Shown in pieces: positions 50,636 through 63,356 of a DNA stretch of 64,000 bases. The stretch comes from Chrysemys picta bellii (taxonomy: Eukaryota). The notes below the pieces were generated by a model, which saw only the letters and a list, made by a program, of their open reading frames with translations, made no database searches and was not told the DNA's origin. Each line of letters opens with the position of its first letter. Positions within the stretch are counted from its first letter, which is position 1. Position numbers and translations under genes: made by a program. The stretch lies in NCBI RefSeq assembly GCF_011386835.1, contig NC_088798.1, forward strand, positions 108,066,001 to 108,130,000, written 5' to 3'.

Positions 50636-51295
50636 ACATAAGAACATAAGAACGGCCATACTGGGTCAGATCAATGATCCATCTAGCCCAGTATCCTGTC
50701 TTCCGACAGTGGCCAATGCCAGGTGCCCCAGAGGGAATGAACAGAGCAGGGAAGCATCAAGTGATCCATCCTCTGTCACCCATTCCCAGCTTCTGGCAAT
50801 CAGAGGCTAGGGACACCATCCCTGCCCATTGATGGACTGATCCTCCATGAACTTATCTAGTTCTTTTTTGAACCCTGTTATCGTCTTGGCCTTCACAACA
50901 TCCTCTGGGAAAGAAGTTCCACACGTTGACTGTGTGTTGTGTGAAAAAATACTTCCTTTTTTTTGTTTTAAACGTGCTGCCTATTAATTTCATTTGGTGA
51001 CCCCTAGTTCTTGTGTTATGAGAAGGAGTAAATTACACTTCCTTATTTACTTTCTTCACACCAGTCATGGAGGATAGTTCCATCAATGGCTATTAGCCAG
51101 CATGGACAGGGATGGTGTCTCTAGCCTCTGTTTGCCAGAAGTTGGGAATGGGTGATAGGGGATGGATCACTTGATTACCTGTTCTGTTCATTCCCTCTGG
51201 GGCACCTGGCATTGGCCACTGTTGGTAGACAGGATATTGGGCTAGATGGACCTTTGGTTTGACCCAGTATGGCTGTTCTTATGTCCTTATGTTCT
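50636..51295. mobile_element. Two CR1 3' ends fused head-to-head (minus 50636-51069, plus 51066-51295)
   Basis: Both outer ends carry the (ttcttatg)n tail pointing outward; the junction lies at CATG. Confidence 0.88.
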
Positions 51296-51333
51296 AAAAT
51301 GCAACTAATGTGTATACTGCGCTTTGTAGCTAT

Positions 51334-51477
51334 CAGGGCCAGCTTTACCATTTTTGTGGCCACAAGGGAAAAAAAAAAAAAAAAACCGCTCGGACTGCCA
51401 AAGCAAAAAAAAAAAGCCTCTTGGACTGCGCCACCCCAGGCACGTACTTCCTCCGCTGGTGCCTGGAGCCGGCCCTG
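51334..51477. mobile_element. Short hAT MITE
   Basis: TIRs cagggccagct / gccggccctg and an 8-bp TSD GTAGCTAT/GTAGCTGT. Confidence 0.75.
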
Positions 51478-52640
51478 GTAGCTGTCTAGTAAAACCAACC
51501 CCCACGTGTGAAACAACCAATACAAGTAAAAGCGCAGTTTTACCTGTACAAATGGCATCTACACTTGGAGCTTCTGCGGGCACAGCTCTGTTGGTCAGGG
51601 ATCACACCTCTTCACTCCCCTGAGTGACAGAGCTCTGTTGTGGTGTAAACTTGGCCTCAGAGGAATACCAGGGGGCAGAGACTTGCTCAGGTGCCGGAGA
51701 CCCAAGCTATGAAAGGGTTTGTGGGCTATCAGCAAGATATTGAACTGAACCCTTCGCTTCACCAGCAGCCAACGCAGATTGCAGAAATTAAAGATCATTT
51801 AACCGCTCTTTCCTCAGCGAAGCCAATCAAACATGCAAATCTCTTGTCTAGAGTAAGGAAGGCAGAGCACCTAATCAGAATGAGTCCCCTTTCATTCCCC
51901 AGGACACCTTTCCCCAGTGCCATGCAGCCCAAGTGTTATATACACGGAGGTTCCGTACTAAGTGTTGCAGATTCTAGGTGCTGTGAGTAGTTGAGATCAG
52001 CAGCTGCCTCACCGAAGTGCTGAACATGGGGAGCTCCAGTCCTGCCTGTCGCTTTGTGCTCTGCTCTGACATCTAGTGGAACAATCGTACTAAAGCATCA
52101 GACGAGCGAAGCCGCTGAGACAATGGTTGGCTTCACTGACTACAGCGGAACAATAGACTCCACCATGTACTCATTTGTTTTATTGCACTTAATACAGCCA
52201 AAGCAATTGTGGCAGGAGAAAAGAAAAGCCCTCAGCCTGAACAAAGAGCAATCCTCTTCCCTTGAAGAATGTACTTCCTCGTTACCAGCTGAATGGTCTT
52301 CTAGCTGCAATAGTTTTAGGCAGCAATTTCACCGTTACCTTGTGATTAACACTATGAAATAAACTATAATTAATTCGCTGTCCCATGAGGTTTCAGGGTA
52401 AAATCTTGGGAAGCCTTGTGATAATCCCTGTGATAAATGAGAAATTACGAGGGGCTATATTTTCAAAGAGGTCTCTCAGAATGCACCCACACAGTCTAGG
52501 AGCACAGCTCTTTGCATTAGAGCAGGATGAATAACTGATTTGTCAATTTAATGGCAGTTCCGGAAAAAATTGGTTTCAGATCGAAGTGAATCTGAAAATT
52601 TGGGGGAATTTTTGGGGAATTGCCCATTTCAGGTCCAAAA

Positions 52641-52825
52641 AAAACAAGGAGTCCTTGTGGCACCTTAGAGACTAACAAATTTATTTGGGAATAAGCTTTC
52701 GTGGGCTAGAACTCACTTCATCAGATATATGAAGTAAAAGATACAGGAGCAGGTATAAATACATGAAAGGATGTGGGTTGCTTTACCAAGTGTTAAGTCA
52801 GTCTAATGAGATAAATCAATTAACT
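52641..52825 (-). mobile_element. Penelope-like fragment with hammerhead motif (52689-52728; stem I decayed)
   Basis: The minus strand reads auau-CUGAUGA-A-GUGAG(UUCUAG)CCCAC-GAA-AGCU-U-AUUC, and ~100 bp more element sequence lies upstream. Confidence 0.8.
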
Positions 52826-53231
52826 GAGCCAGTGTTTGAACCTGAGTCTTTCACATTCTAGGTGAATGCCCTTAGCTTGGGGCTGAAGGTTATAATGGGG
52901 ACGGTGGTGGTCGTGGTGACAGCTGCAGCACATCCACCTCCACCTTCTCTTTTGGCCATTTTGTGAATGACCAAAGCTATTTGTGTCAAATATGCCAATA
53001 GTAAACTTTCAGATCAACTGAAACTTCATTTTTTGTCGAATAAACAATTTGTTGGGAAAATTTGACCCAACTCTAGTTTGCATATGCAAAGCCATCTCTT
53101 TTCACTCATGAGAAAGGAGTTGTGTATGCAAAGAGGCATTTTGTCTACATAGGGGAGATTTTCAAAGGTCCAAATGGGAGCAGGGCATCTGACTGCCCTC
53201 GTGCCTTTGCAAACCTCCCCCACAATGGGGC

Positions 53232-54367
53232 TGTGACAGGTTCCCCCTGGGGTGCCACTTGGAACTGGGGTACCACTGAGCCTGCTTGTCCCACCAGCCT
53301 GGGCTCCCTCTTACACTGTGATACTGTGATAAGCTGCCAAGTTCCCCAAGCTTGCTCTTTCACCAGCACATACAGATAGGGACACACCCAGCTGCATTCT
53401 CACACACAATTGCTGAGATCAGCTCTGCACGGGAAGGCTCAGCTAAGGCACCTCCCAGTTGCTAAGGCACCCCCCCCCCGGAGTGTAAACCCAAAATTAT
53501 ACCGTCTTGTGCTGCACATGGAACTGTACAGCGTAAGCTCATAAAAGTGGCCCCCTCCCTCAATGTGGAGAGAGATATGCAACAGCTTTCTGCCCCAACT
53601 TATAATTTCCACACACTGGTTTTAGACAAAACAAAAACAAGTATATTAACTACAAAGGATAGCTTTTAAGGGATAGCAAACAGATCAAAGCAGATTTCCT
53701 TAGTAAATAAACAAAACCACAAACTGAGTTTAACACACTACAGAGGTAGGATATGAATTAGAAAATTCTCACCCTGAGTGATAAACAGGCTGGCAGATTC
53801 TTAAGGCACAAGTTGCCTTTTTTCCCCAGGTTTTCATACACAGGCTAAAAATTCCTCTAGCCTGGGACCATCACCTCCCACAGTTCAGTCCTTGCCCCTC
53901 AGGTGTTTCCAGGTGTGTTGTTGTAGGGAGAGTGATGTCTCATCGTGATATAATTTTCCCCCTTTTAAATCTTCTTCCCACTTGCTGGAAAGCTCTTTTG
54001 CTGTGACCTGGGTCAAACTGTTCCCATTGTGTAGTGCTATTTCTGAGAGGTTTCTTTTGTACACAGTTCCTGGGATAATCCTTGTGCTTGTGTGCATTTC
54101 CTCAATAAGCCATTAACATTGTTTGGTCTTTTTACTGTTGTACCTGAAGGACTGCTTGTGGGTGATTTCAATCTCACAACATGTTTCAGTAATACATACG
54201 TAGCCAAACTTCATAACTTCACATACGATGATAGCACACACAATCCAATGAGATATTACTGTCTAGCAGATCGAGACTTTTAGAATGATACCTCACAAGG
54301 CAGATTTTGTACAAAACATATCCTAATTACATGACAATGGTGAATATTGGGGTGCCAGGGTGTCACA
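53232..54367. mobile_element. Solo LTR (Gypsy/ERV-type), 1136 bp
   Basis: Terminal inverted TGTGACA...TGTCACA with ggggtgcca near both ends; no coding interior; TSD not clean. Confidence 0.7.
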
Positions 54368-57122
54368 TAGGCAATGCATGCATCTCTCACTTCTGCTGAG
54401 CAGATAAACACGGGATTTTTTGCTCATGGAAGGGTGTACTGGCAAATTTTATGGTTGCAGTTTTAGAGGCCCTGTTGCATATTTGGCTCTGTGTGTTGCT
54501 GTGATATGAGCTACTATGCTTAGATAATGCTGATAATGGTAGTGATCTTCCCATTATATGTGGTCCCTTTAGACTATGCTAGTGATATTTATGACAGATG
54601 AGTAAACCCTTCCAAGTTCTGTTTGCAAAGTGCTTTGCAAATTTGTGCATATGACTGGTATAGTTGGCATGGACTGGCAAATCCTGAGCACGGAAGAGGA
54701 CAAACCCAGTTTTCTCGTGGTCAGATTGGCACTGCCATGGTTTGGATCTGACAAGTTCGTGTTTGTTCACACACAAGTTAGCCCTGTTTGGTTGCTTCAC
54801 CACAGGCAGGATCTCGCTGCAGTCCTAATGCAATTCCAGCTCTCTGTTCCCAGAAATTGGATCAGGGCTGGTATGTGAATCAAAATATAAAAGCGTAATA
54901 GCGAGCCAGTTCCCACTCCCTTGGTGGGGAATGACAGGAGCGAGTACAGGCTTCTGGTAGGGAGATATAGAGATGAGATCTCACTTCTGCTGCAAAAAAG
55001 AGAACTCTGATCTCGGGGAAGTTTCAGAAGCAGGGCTACAGTTATGAAAGCCAGATGTAAAGCAGCCCATGAGTGGGGGACTTACAGAAGCTAGTAATGT
55101 GTCAAGCCACAGTCTGAACAAGACAAGCCAGTACAGGGGCATGTAGTCTCACTTTGTGACTTTTCTGTTTGCCTCAGAGAACTCAGCTAGCACACAGCCT
55201 CTCGCACTGAGATCAGTGGATCCTGCTGAACTGGGCTGGTCCTCCCAGTCACGAGGGGCAGGCTCAACCAGTCAGAGGCCTCGGAGATACACCACATAAT
55301 TCACCCCACCTTACCTCTTGTGACAAACAGGGCCCAGGCTCGAAATAACGGTGAAATGACAATTTGAGGCCTTCCAGATGGAGGAAAAAAGCCCTATGGA
55401 CAGCAGGGAAAATGGAGCAAGCCACTGCTGTCCCAGAGACACTCTGCTCACCCCAGCGAGGCTGATCTGGGGTGCTGCATTGTAGTCGGAGCTGCTCGCG
55501 TCTCCCTTTCTTGGTTCTCTAACTAACACTAGTGGCAGTGTCACAGATTAGCGGCTGCGCCGTAAGCCAGAAGCCGGGCAGGCTGCCTAGTGCTTGGAGG
55601 AAGGAGCAGCGACAGGGAGCTCACGTGGAACCAGCACTATCGTAACGTGGGAGCACAGGGCAAGCTCAGGCCCTCCACATCTCCTGACGGGTTTTCTTGC
55701 ACTGTTCGGTGACAATACACATGTCTTAGACAAGGATTTAATTAAGATTTGAATAAGCCAGTCACTGCATACTAATTAAGAACCGACTTGATTATTTCCA
55801 CATATTTTGTGAAGTTCAAGAAATTGGTTACGTTGCTATTAAATTAGCATATAACATCTGCAGCAATTCTCATCTGATGTAATGGGGCTGTTACTGCGTG
55901 TGACTAAAATAGCGATTGATGAACGAAATCCTGCTCTCTGAGCCACAGCAATGATGTAAGCAGGGCAGGTCTATTTTTGACACATACCGAGCAGGTCACG
56001 GTGAGAGATCAGCCCAGGTTGTGAAGTCCGGACTTGGGAATTAGGACTGGCTCCCAACCACCCCAGGACTCAGCTGTCCCTCTTTGGCCCATCAAAGAGA
56101 TAGGCGGGAGCTGGGGTCTGGTTTGGACCTGTCTCTATTTTTAATATTAACTTTATATTTGCTTAACACACGGGGGCCAGCTCCCAGGGTGCAGCTGACC
56201 TGAAAAGATTGCAGATCTTAACGCTCCCCTGTGCATTACTCTGATCCTGCTGCTGCTCCGGGCAGGCTGGTCCCTCTGTGCTGTGTTAGAGCAGCCTGAG
56301 GTGTTGTCTAACTTACACTGGCTGCGATAGTCATATAGACAAGTATCAGCATAATGCAGGGACCTCCTGGCTATACCTCTTCCCTGTGGGTGTAACTCCT
56401 ATCCCCTTTGCTGGTAGAAGGGGGATATGAGCTCTGCATGGCCATCCGGAGGATCAGACTTACATTGCAGTCTATTCTGAGACTATTAAATTGGTTTTGA
56501 GGCCAGATCGCCCTGCTGGAGTGGAGCAAAACAGATTCACATTCATCACAGCCAACTTGGGCAGGGTGGCTGGGGAGAAGGGGGCAAGGGCAGGGATGTT
56601 GTTCTGCCCCAGCTAATCCTGGTCACCAGAAGGGTCTCTTGGGTTCATAGGCAGCTGGTATAAAGTAGGACAGCCTGTGGCTGGGGACTGGTCTGGAACC
56701 AGGACGGTCCCAGGATCGGGGAATACAAAGATCGCTTGAAGCCACTTTTGCACCATCCTTCCTGAGCTGCGTCGATGGTAGCTTAGCCACAGTGCAAAAA
56801 ATGGGCCACTGAATCTTAGGATTTGATACAGTCCAACTGTACGGTGGCTGTGAAGAAAGCTGTGGGTGGTCCAGGTTTCCATTATGTAGTAGGAAAAGCC
56901 ATATCAACTACCCTGACCAGGCGTTCTGGAGGTGGCCAGTTGTCCTTTTGCTCACCTGCTGTTGATGATACCTCGTAATTCTTAACAGTGCTTACATTGG
57001 AATAGTGTCGGCGTGGGGCTGCCCCTCTGCGTCTCCATTGCTGGTCCAGTTGTTAAGCAGCCGGAGCAGTTGCCAAATCCAAGAGAGCTAACACAGCATC
57101 ACACTGAGGAGAGTTGTCTTAT

Positions 57123-57386
57123 CTTCTGTTTTCCTGGCTGGCTGAGAGTCACGTCTGACTGCGGAGTTGGGGTGCTTCCCCAGGAGCCCCGCCTGAGCGG
57201 ACTCGCTGCGGGAAGCGCACATAGTGGAAGGGGATGCTGAATGCTCCGAGGTCAGACCGAGGAAGGTCGAAGCTATGTAAGCTTCTTGCCCTGGGGGCAA
57301 TCTGCTCAGAGGGAGGAGGTTCCCCCAGAGTCCTGACTGGCCTCACATGGAGTAGTTCCAGAGCATTGCCCAGGGACTCCATGACA
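57123..57386 (-). mobile_element. Partial LTR (5' part)
   Basis: The minus strand starts tgtcatggagtccctgggcaatgctctggaac..., resembling a turtle LTR family start; truncated after aaaacagaag. Confidence 0.6.
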
Positions 57387-57837
57387 CTTATGCATATGTC
57401 ATGTGTGGCTAAAATGCCTGTGCTCGCATAGGCATCCTGTGGTCATGTTCAGCGGGGGTGGGAAGAGGGAAACTTACCAAGATTGGGCAAGTTTGTATTT
57501 TATGCAGCTCAGCTTCCCGTCCTATATATAGAATATACAGGCTCCCAATGTCTCTGGGTGAGCAGATCTCCCAAGGCCCACAGCTGGGTTGGCAATGTGT
57601 CTTGTGGACTGACTTTGAGAACGCTGATTTGTAGCATCCTTTCTAGAGGTTTGATTTCTTATCCATTTCCGGCTTGACAACTGACTAGGCTTTTACACGA
57701 TGCCTCCTGTTCTACCCCATAAAATCCCATTGTCTGAGCCAGGTGTGCTTACGTGAGCGAGTGCTGGCCTACACAAAGCTTCCCAAACAGCTCGAGTTTG
57801 AAAACACTTATTGAAATGATCAGTGGCTAAGTTAGTA

Positions 57838-58087
57838 TCATTTATTTGTATCACATTAGACCCTCGAGGCCCCACGGTGCAAGCCACTGTTTAAACACAT
57901 AGTAAGAGACTGTCCTTGCCCCAAAGAGCTACAATCTGACTAGATAAAACAGAGATGGGAAGCAGAAGCATAGAGAGATGAAGTGACTTGCCTGAGGTTA
58001 CAAAGCAGGTTAGTGGCAAAGCTGGGAATAGAATCCAAGTCTCCTGGCTCCTAATCCAGTGTTCTATCCACTGATCATACTGCACTC
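57838..58087 (-). mobile_element. tRNA-derived MIR-like SINE
   Basis: aagtgacttgcc.gagg...ctgggaatagaatccaagtctcctg (B-box complement), with an L2-like tail. Confidence 0.65.
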
Positions 58088-58789
58088 GCTCTGCTTTGAC
58101 TGCTACAACCTATAATCAGTTATGACTATTACTGTTTATACCCCTGTTGAAAAGTGGGTTTCTGGCTTTTGCCCCTGCTGCTCTGTCCTCCTGGGAAGGA
58201 AAGTGGAACTGCTATCGTTTATAAAGATCTCATTCCCCTGATAAGGCACTGGACACACAGGCATCTAAGTTAGCTAACTATAGCAAAGCAGTTGATCAGC
58301 ATGTCACCCATTAGTGCTGTAGGTGGAACTGCACTTGATAGGAATTACACTAAATGGATATAGGAGACCTGGGGATAATTGACCAACCTAGTCTTAAATG
58401 TGTTTGTGGAAAGAAAAAGCCACAAAACAACAGGCATCTTCTTCATTAGCCTCTCGGCAGAAGTAAGCAGCAGGAGGGGGTGCTGGGGGTCAGTTCCTCA
58501 GGTGGTGTGAATGGGCATCGCCCCTTCTTCAATGGAGCTATGCTGAGCTAACCGAGACGGCACTCTGTATAATACAGGCTGGATCTGGCCCGTGCTGTGG
58601 TGTTTGCAAACAGAACTGTACTTTGCTAGTTATATAAACAGACTCTCCGGGTGATTTTTTAAAAATGAAAAGCCCGACACTTACGGAGAGGTGAGGACAA
58701 GACTCAGAATGTTGGGATAAACAGGTTTATTGTCAGTAGTCCTTTTTCTGGGGTCTGCTGGCATTACGGACAATGATAATAAAACTTGG

Positions 58790-58968
58790 CTCTAATATAG
58801 CACTTTCCATCTTTAGAGCTCAATGCATGTTACAAAGGAAACCAGTATTGTTATCCCCATTTTACTGATGGGGAAACAGAGGCACAGGGCGGTGAAGTGA
58901 CTTACCCAAGGTCACCCAGCAGGCCAGTGGCAGACATGAGAACTGAATCCAAGTCTCCTGAGTCCCAG
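58790..58968 (-). mobile_element. MIR/CORE SINE
   Basis: Core attgttatccccattttactgatggggaaacagaggcacag...aagtgacttacccaaggtcac. Confidence 0.75.
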
Positions 58969-61556
58969 GTGAGTGCTAACATAAGTGGCTGCATCTCCAT
59001 GAAATAAGCAATGGGATGATATGCACTGGAGTTATATCAGTGATTAATTTAGCCCATATATTATCCACTCAGTGCAAAGTGAGGGGAAAGTTTCCCAGAA
59101 AGAAATTTCTTTAGTGCTAGTGTGGCTGCAAAATAGACTTGTCTTTTGAGTCTTTCCTCTCCTTACACAAGTACGAGGCCTTTCACAATCAAAGGGAGCC
59201 TTAATGCCACCATTTATAGCTCTGCATTTTGCTCTATTATTTGCATTCATCATTGATTCCCTTTATTTCAGAGGGGATAGTGACAAGATTTGTAAATTAT
59301 TCCCAGCCGCTATCTACATTAGTCCAAACAGGAGAGTTTTTTCCCTGTCACCTTTGGGGACTGTAACCTCCATGTAATGTTTCTGGTTTCTGACCCTACC
59401 TCCACTGAAGTCCATTACAAACATTTCTTTATACCATAGCATTCATCTTCCTCTGACAGGTATGTTTCACAAGTCTTGCAAAGAGCTTTGTTAAAGGGGA
59501 GATTGTATTGCAATAAATTGATGCAATGATTTAAGGTCTCAGTTCAGGAAAGCCCGTTTATTCAGGACAGCATTTAAGCATGTGCTAAAGTTAAGCATGC
59601 ACTTAAAACCCACTGAAGTTAAGTTTTCATGTATAAAACAACTAAGTTTCTAGCCCTCATGATTGCAGAGAAAAAACAAAACACAACCCCCCATTTTTTT
59701 TTAATCCAATGATTTTTAAGCCAAGCTCATGATTTTTGAATGTTCCATTGAATTCACTGGGACTTAAGCACATGGTTAAGTTAAGCATGTGTTTAAATGC
59801 TGTCTTGAGTATGGGATAGACTTTAGCATGTACTCAAGTGCTTTCCTAAACTGGGGCCTAATTGAGTTAAGGATGATTGTTTTGTTTGTAGTGGCAATCC
59901 CTTCTTACAGTTATTGACAGCCGGCTCCTGCTAATGCACTGAATCCCTAGGAAAGAAAACAAACCTTGCAACTCAGACGCAGATAAAAATCAAGCCGTTT
60001 ATTTTAAAGAGGAGCCGGATTTTCATCTTTTTCAATAAAAGAGGAAACTTGATTAAATTCTCTACACTTGTAAGCACTGTGCTTTCAAAACAGACCTGAC
60101 ACTAAGTAGGTTAGTGGGAGGGGAGCTTTAACAAATTTCCTGTAACAGAACTTGATGTGATCCTCTGACCTGAATTTTCAGTCTTAATCTGCTTTATAGA
60201 ACATGCCCGATCCTCAAACAAATGTAAAATCCATGAAGAAGCTTAGCTGTTAATTTAAAACAATGCAACATCAAAACAAAGCAACTCTCTAAGAAACATT
60301 AAACCACAACCTAAGTAAACAGGGAGTCAGCCAGTTACAGTAAAATATTGTTTTTCAAAGGAAGAAAAGTTGTTATTGAAAGTGTTAAAGAAGCAAACCT
60401 GGGACTAAGCCCAAAGCTACTGAAAGGGGCTTTTCATGATACATCCCCCTGAAAAACTACAACCCTCCCATAAGTCATCAGATATGGTATTGCAAAGGCA
60501 TTTAGATGTGAGGTCCTGTCAAGCAATGCAAAAGCCCAATGATGTATGGCCCAAAGGAGTTTATCTTGCTCTGGGAAAAAAAGAGCTTGGAACTGACATT
60601 TTATATTTCGAAGCCAATAAAAACATCTTAAAATAACGCCCCCTCCCTCCCTCCAAGAGCAGCTGACAGTGAGAGACAGAGAGAGAGCAGCGATCACAAA
60701 TGATTCAGTTTCTGGGTCTGAGAACTTTGTTGTGGGCAGTGCAACGTGAGTGATTTATAATTAACTCTAACATGAAGAATAAAATGCAATGCTTTCATAA
60801 CTTCGCTACAAAAATAACCACATTCGCAGTGTTTGCAAAATTGGAAACAAATGTCCCAAGGAAAACAAGAGCTCTTTGCAGCCCTACCCGTGCTTTAGAA
60901 AAAGGAATATACTGGAATTCAATCATTACCACAAATGATGAGCCAATATCATTTGTCATGGGAAATTCATCTGGGTAAAACAGGATTGCTCCATTACTGC
61001 TCCATGACTCAAACAAATAATTGTACTGAAATATCTTAAATTAAAAGCAGTTCAGTCTGTTTTTTCTCTTTGGCAGCTAAGTTTTGTCTTCTTCTGTTTC
61101 TGGACCTCAAGGACCTGAAAGTGAAAAGCAGTACATTTAAATATATACTTTTGGCATAACCCAGCCAGTGTTTGAGAAAAGACTCTCGTGTCCTGGGTGC
61201 TCATCTCAGTGTTCTTGGATAATGGGCATGTACAAACATCTGTTGGTGCTAGTGACAGCAAAACTGAGCCCAATGGATTTTTGTTTAAGTGAGGTATGAT
61301 TTGTCAATTTGGTAGGTACTAATTGTGAGCACATGAATAGACCCACTAAAGTCAACCGGACTACTCAAAGCTGAATATATGCTTAAACACCTTGCAGAAT
61401 CAGGGCCTGAATTAGATAGATTAAAAGTTGAGAGGTTAGTTGGTCCGTAATGCTGTGCTGTATAATGCCTTGGAAAATAACAGTGAGGATTCTATCTTGA
61501 CTCATGAGAAAGTAAAAGTGAAAAGTTTCTCTAGGAAAGTCCTGCACAAATCATAA

Positions 61557-61815
61557 CAGTGCTGCCACCCTGCATGATCTTATTATGAGTCTCATGATAT
61601 TGGACATTTTTCTTAAAGCCCCAGCTCTTGGAGTCATGGGATTATATGAAAATTTCAGTTTTCACTAAAAAAAAAAAAAAGCTTCTAGGTCTAAGGATTG
61701 CACACAAAAAGGAACCCCCATTTTTTTTAAAGTCTCATCATTTTTAAACCAATCTTATGACGTTTTGGGGGCCTGATTCCTGAATTTTTTTGAATGCTGG
61801 AAGTTGGCAATGCTG
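61557..61815. mobile_element. Old hAT-like MITE
   Basis: Ends cagtgctgccac / gttggcaatgctg; a related interior fragment lies at ~59630-59740; no TSD left. Confidence 0.5.
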
Positions 61816-63182
61816 TAGAAATGAAATGGAAGGGCATGACTCAGGAGAACAGCATATTGCAGCTTAAAATCCTTGTCTATTATTCATGGTTCCTTATCTC
61901 ATGGCTCCTGACTCGGTTAGCTATGTCTGATAAAGCCTTCCAGGGACAGACCGAGTTCTCCACAGTGGTATCCTCTTCAGGCGTCACCATAATTATTAAT
62001 ATGTCCTGTTACAAGGCACCATAAACGTGCTAAGTGTTGTACAGAATGTAACTCTGCAAAGCAATTAGTGGTGTCCCGGTCCACATGTGTTTACAGTATA
62101 AAAGGCACAAGTTGATAAAAACCATAGCTACTTCACAATAGAGCAAACACAATGCTACATAGAAAAGGGAAGACTGAAAGCAGATACTCAAGATAATGAA
62201 TGCATCCTTGTGACCTATATTTATATATACAGGCCATTGGATGATGTAAGACTACAGGTCATACAAATGCTTTTCATATATAATACCAGGGATTGATCAA
62301 TTGATCTATCTATCTAATTAGTTTAATCTTTAAATGAAAGGTGCTAGGTAATGTTGTCAGTCATTATTTTGGTTCATATTGTACATTTTCTTTCTTTCTT
62401 TCTTTCTCCAGTTGCACAATAAGAACTCCAGTCAAATGCACCCCTTAGAAACAATAAGATAAACCACCTCTGTCATTTACTTCCATTGTAGGAAGTCTTT
62501 GTCTATTCATTAACACCTCCGGCTTTGTGATCATTCATCCGCAGAACCACTGCAAGATTCGGTGATTTGAAGCCTGTGAAACCTAATTTTGATTCATGAG
62601 CTGGAATTTCAACAGCACAACCCTTGTGGAGCTTGAAATCTGGCTTCTCTTTTACCCAGCCTCATGGACATGCAATCAACCTATTAACCACGTCTGGAAG
62701 ATTTTGATGATGTCATACAGAGCAAGCACAGAGTTCTCTCCCTGATGGACAAACTCTTTGAAGTGGATTGACAACAAGCCAGCTTTACAAGATGGTCCTA
62801 AGCACATAGCTACTGTTTAAAGGTCACTACCACATTTCTGCAAAATTCACTATTTTTGTTACACAGATTTTCACTTCACAGTTTTTTCTCTTTAATTCAA
62901 TATGTTTTTGCAACTCTCAAATTTTGCTTTATTTGGAATTTTAACAAAATGGCTGTTTTTTCCCCAGATAAAAAACATACAAAGCTGCAATATTCCACCT
63001 ATTTTTGATACAAAAGACCTTTGCATGGAAAATGGACTCAATTTTGAATTAAAAATGAACGACTTTAGTTCAAATGTCCATGAAAATCGCTCTATTTCCC
63101 AATTTATAACGCGAAAAATCTTGTTTTTCCATAATTTTGTATTTCATTACAAATATTTATACACACTTCATCGTTCGTTCGT

Positions 63183-63356
63183 TAAGAACATAAGAATGGC
63201 CATGCTAGATCAGACCAGTGGTTCATCTAGCCCAGTATCCTGTCTTCCAACAGTGACTGATGCTACATGCTTCAGAGGAATTGAACCAAACAGGGCCATT
63301 ATTGAATGATCTGGTCCCCAGTCATTCAGTCCCAACTTCTGGCAGTCAGAGGTTTA
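63183..63356 (-). mobile_element. Older CR1 3' end
   Basis: taagaacataagaatggccat...ctagcccagtatcctgtcttcc... Confidence 0.8.

Noticed and set aside
55006-55035. 5S rRNA-like snippet tctgatctcgg..aag..aagcaggg (possible AmnSINE head)
   Set aside because: The match is short and gapped, and the flanks do not continue the similarity.
55319-55545. Mini LTR-like unit bounded by TGTGACA...TGTCACA
   Set aside because: It is only 227 bp, has no TSD and no similarity to the solo LTR; it may be chance.
30000-63300. Remaining 60-150-aa ORFs in the intergenic region, including a possible endogenous viral element
   Set aside because: I recognised no protein or viral motif, no exon chain and no coding-like composition; these lengths are expected by chance.
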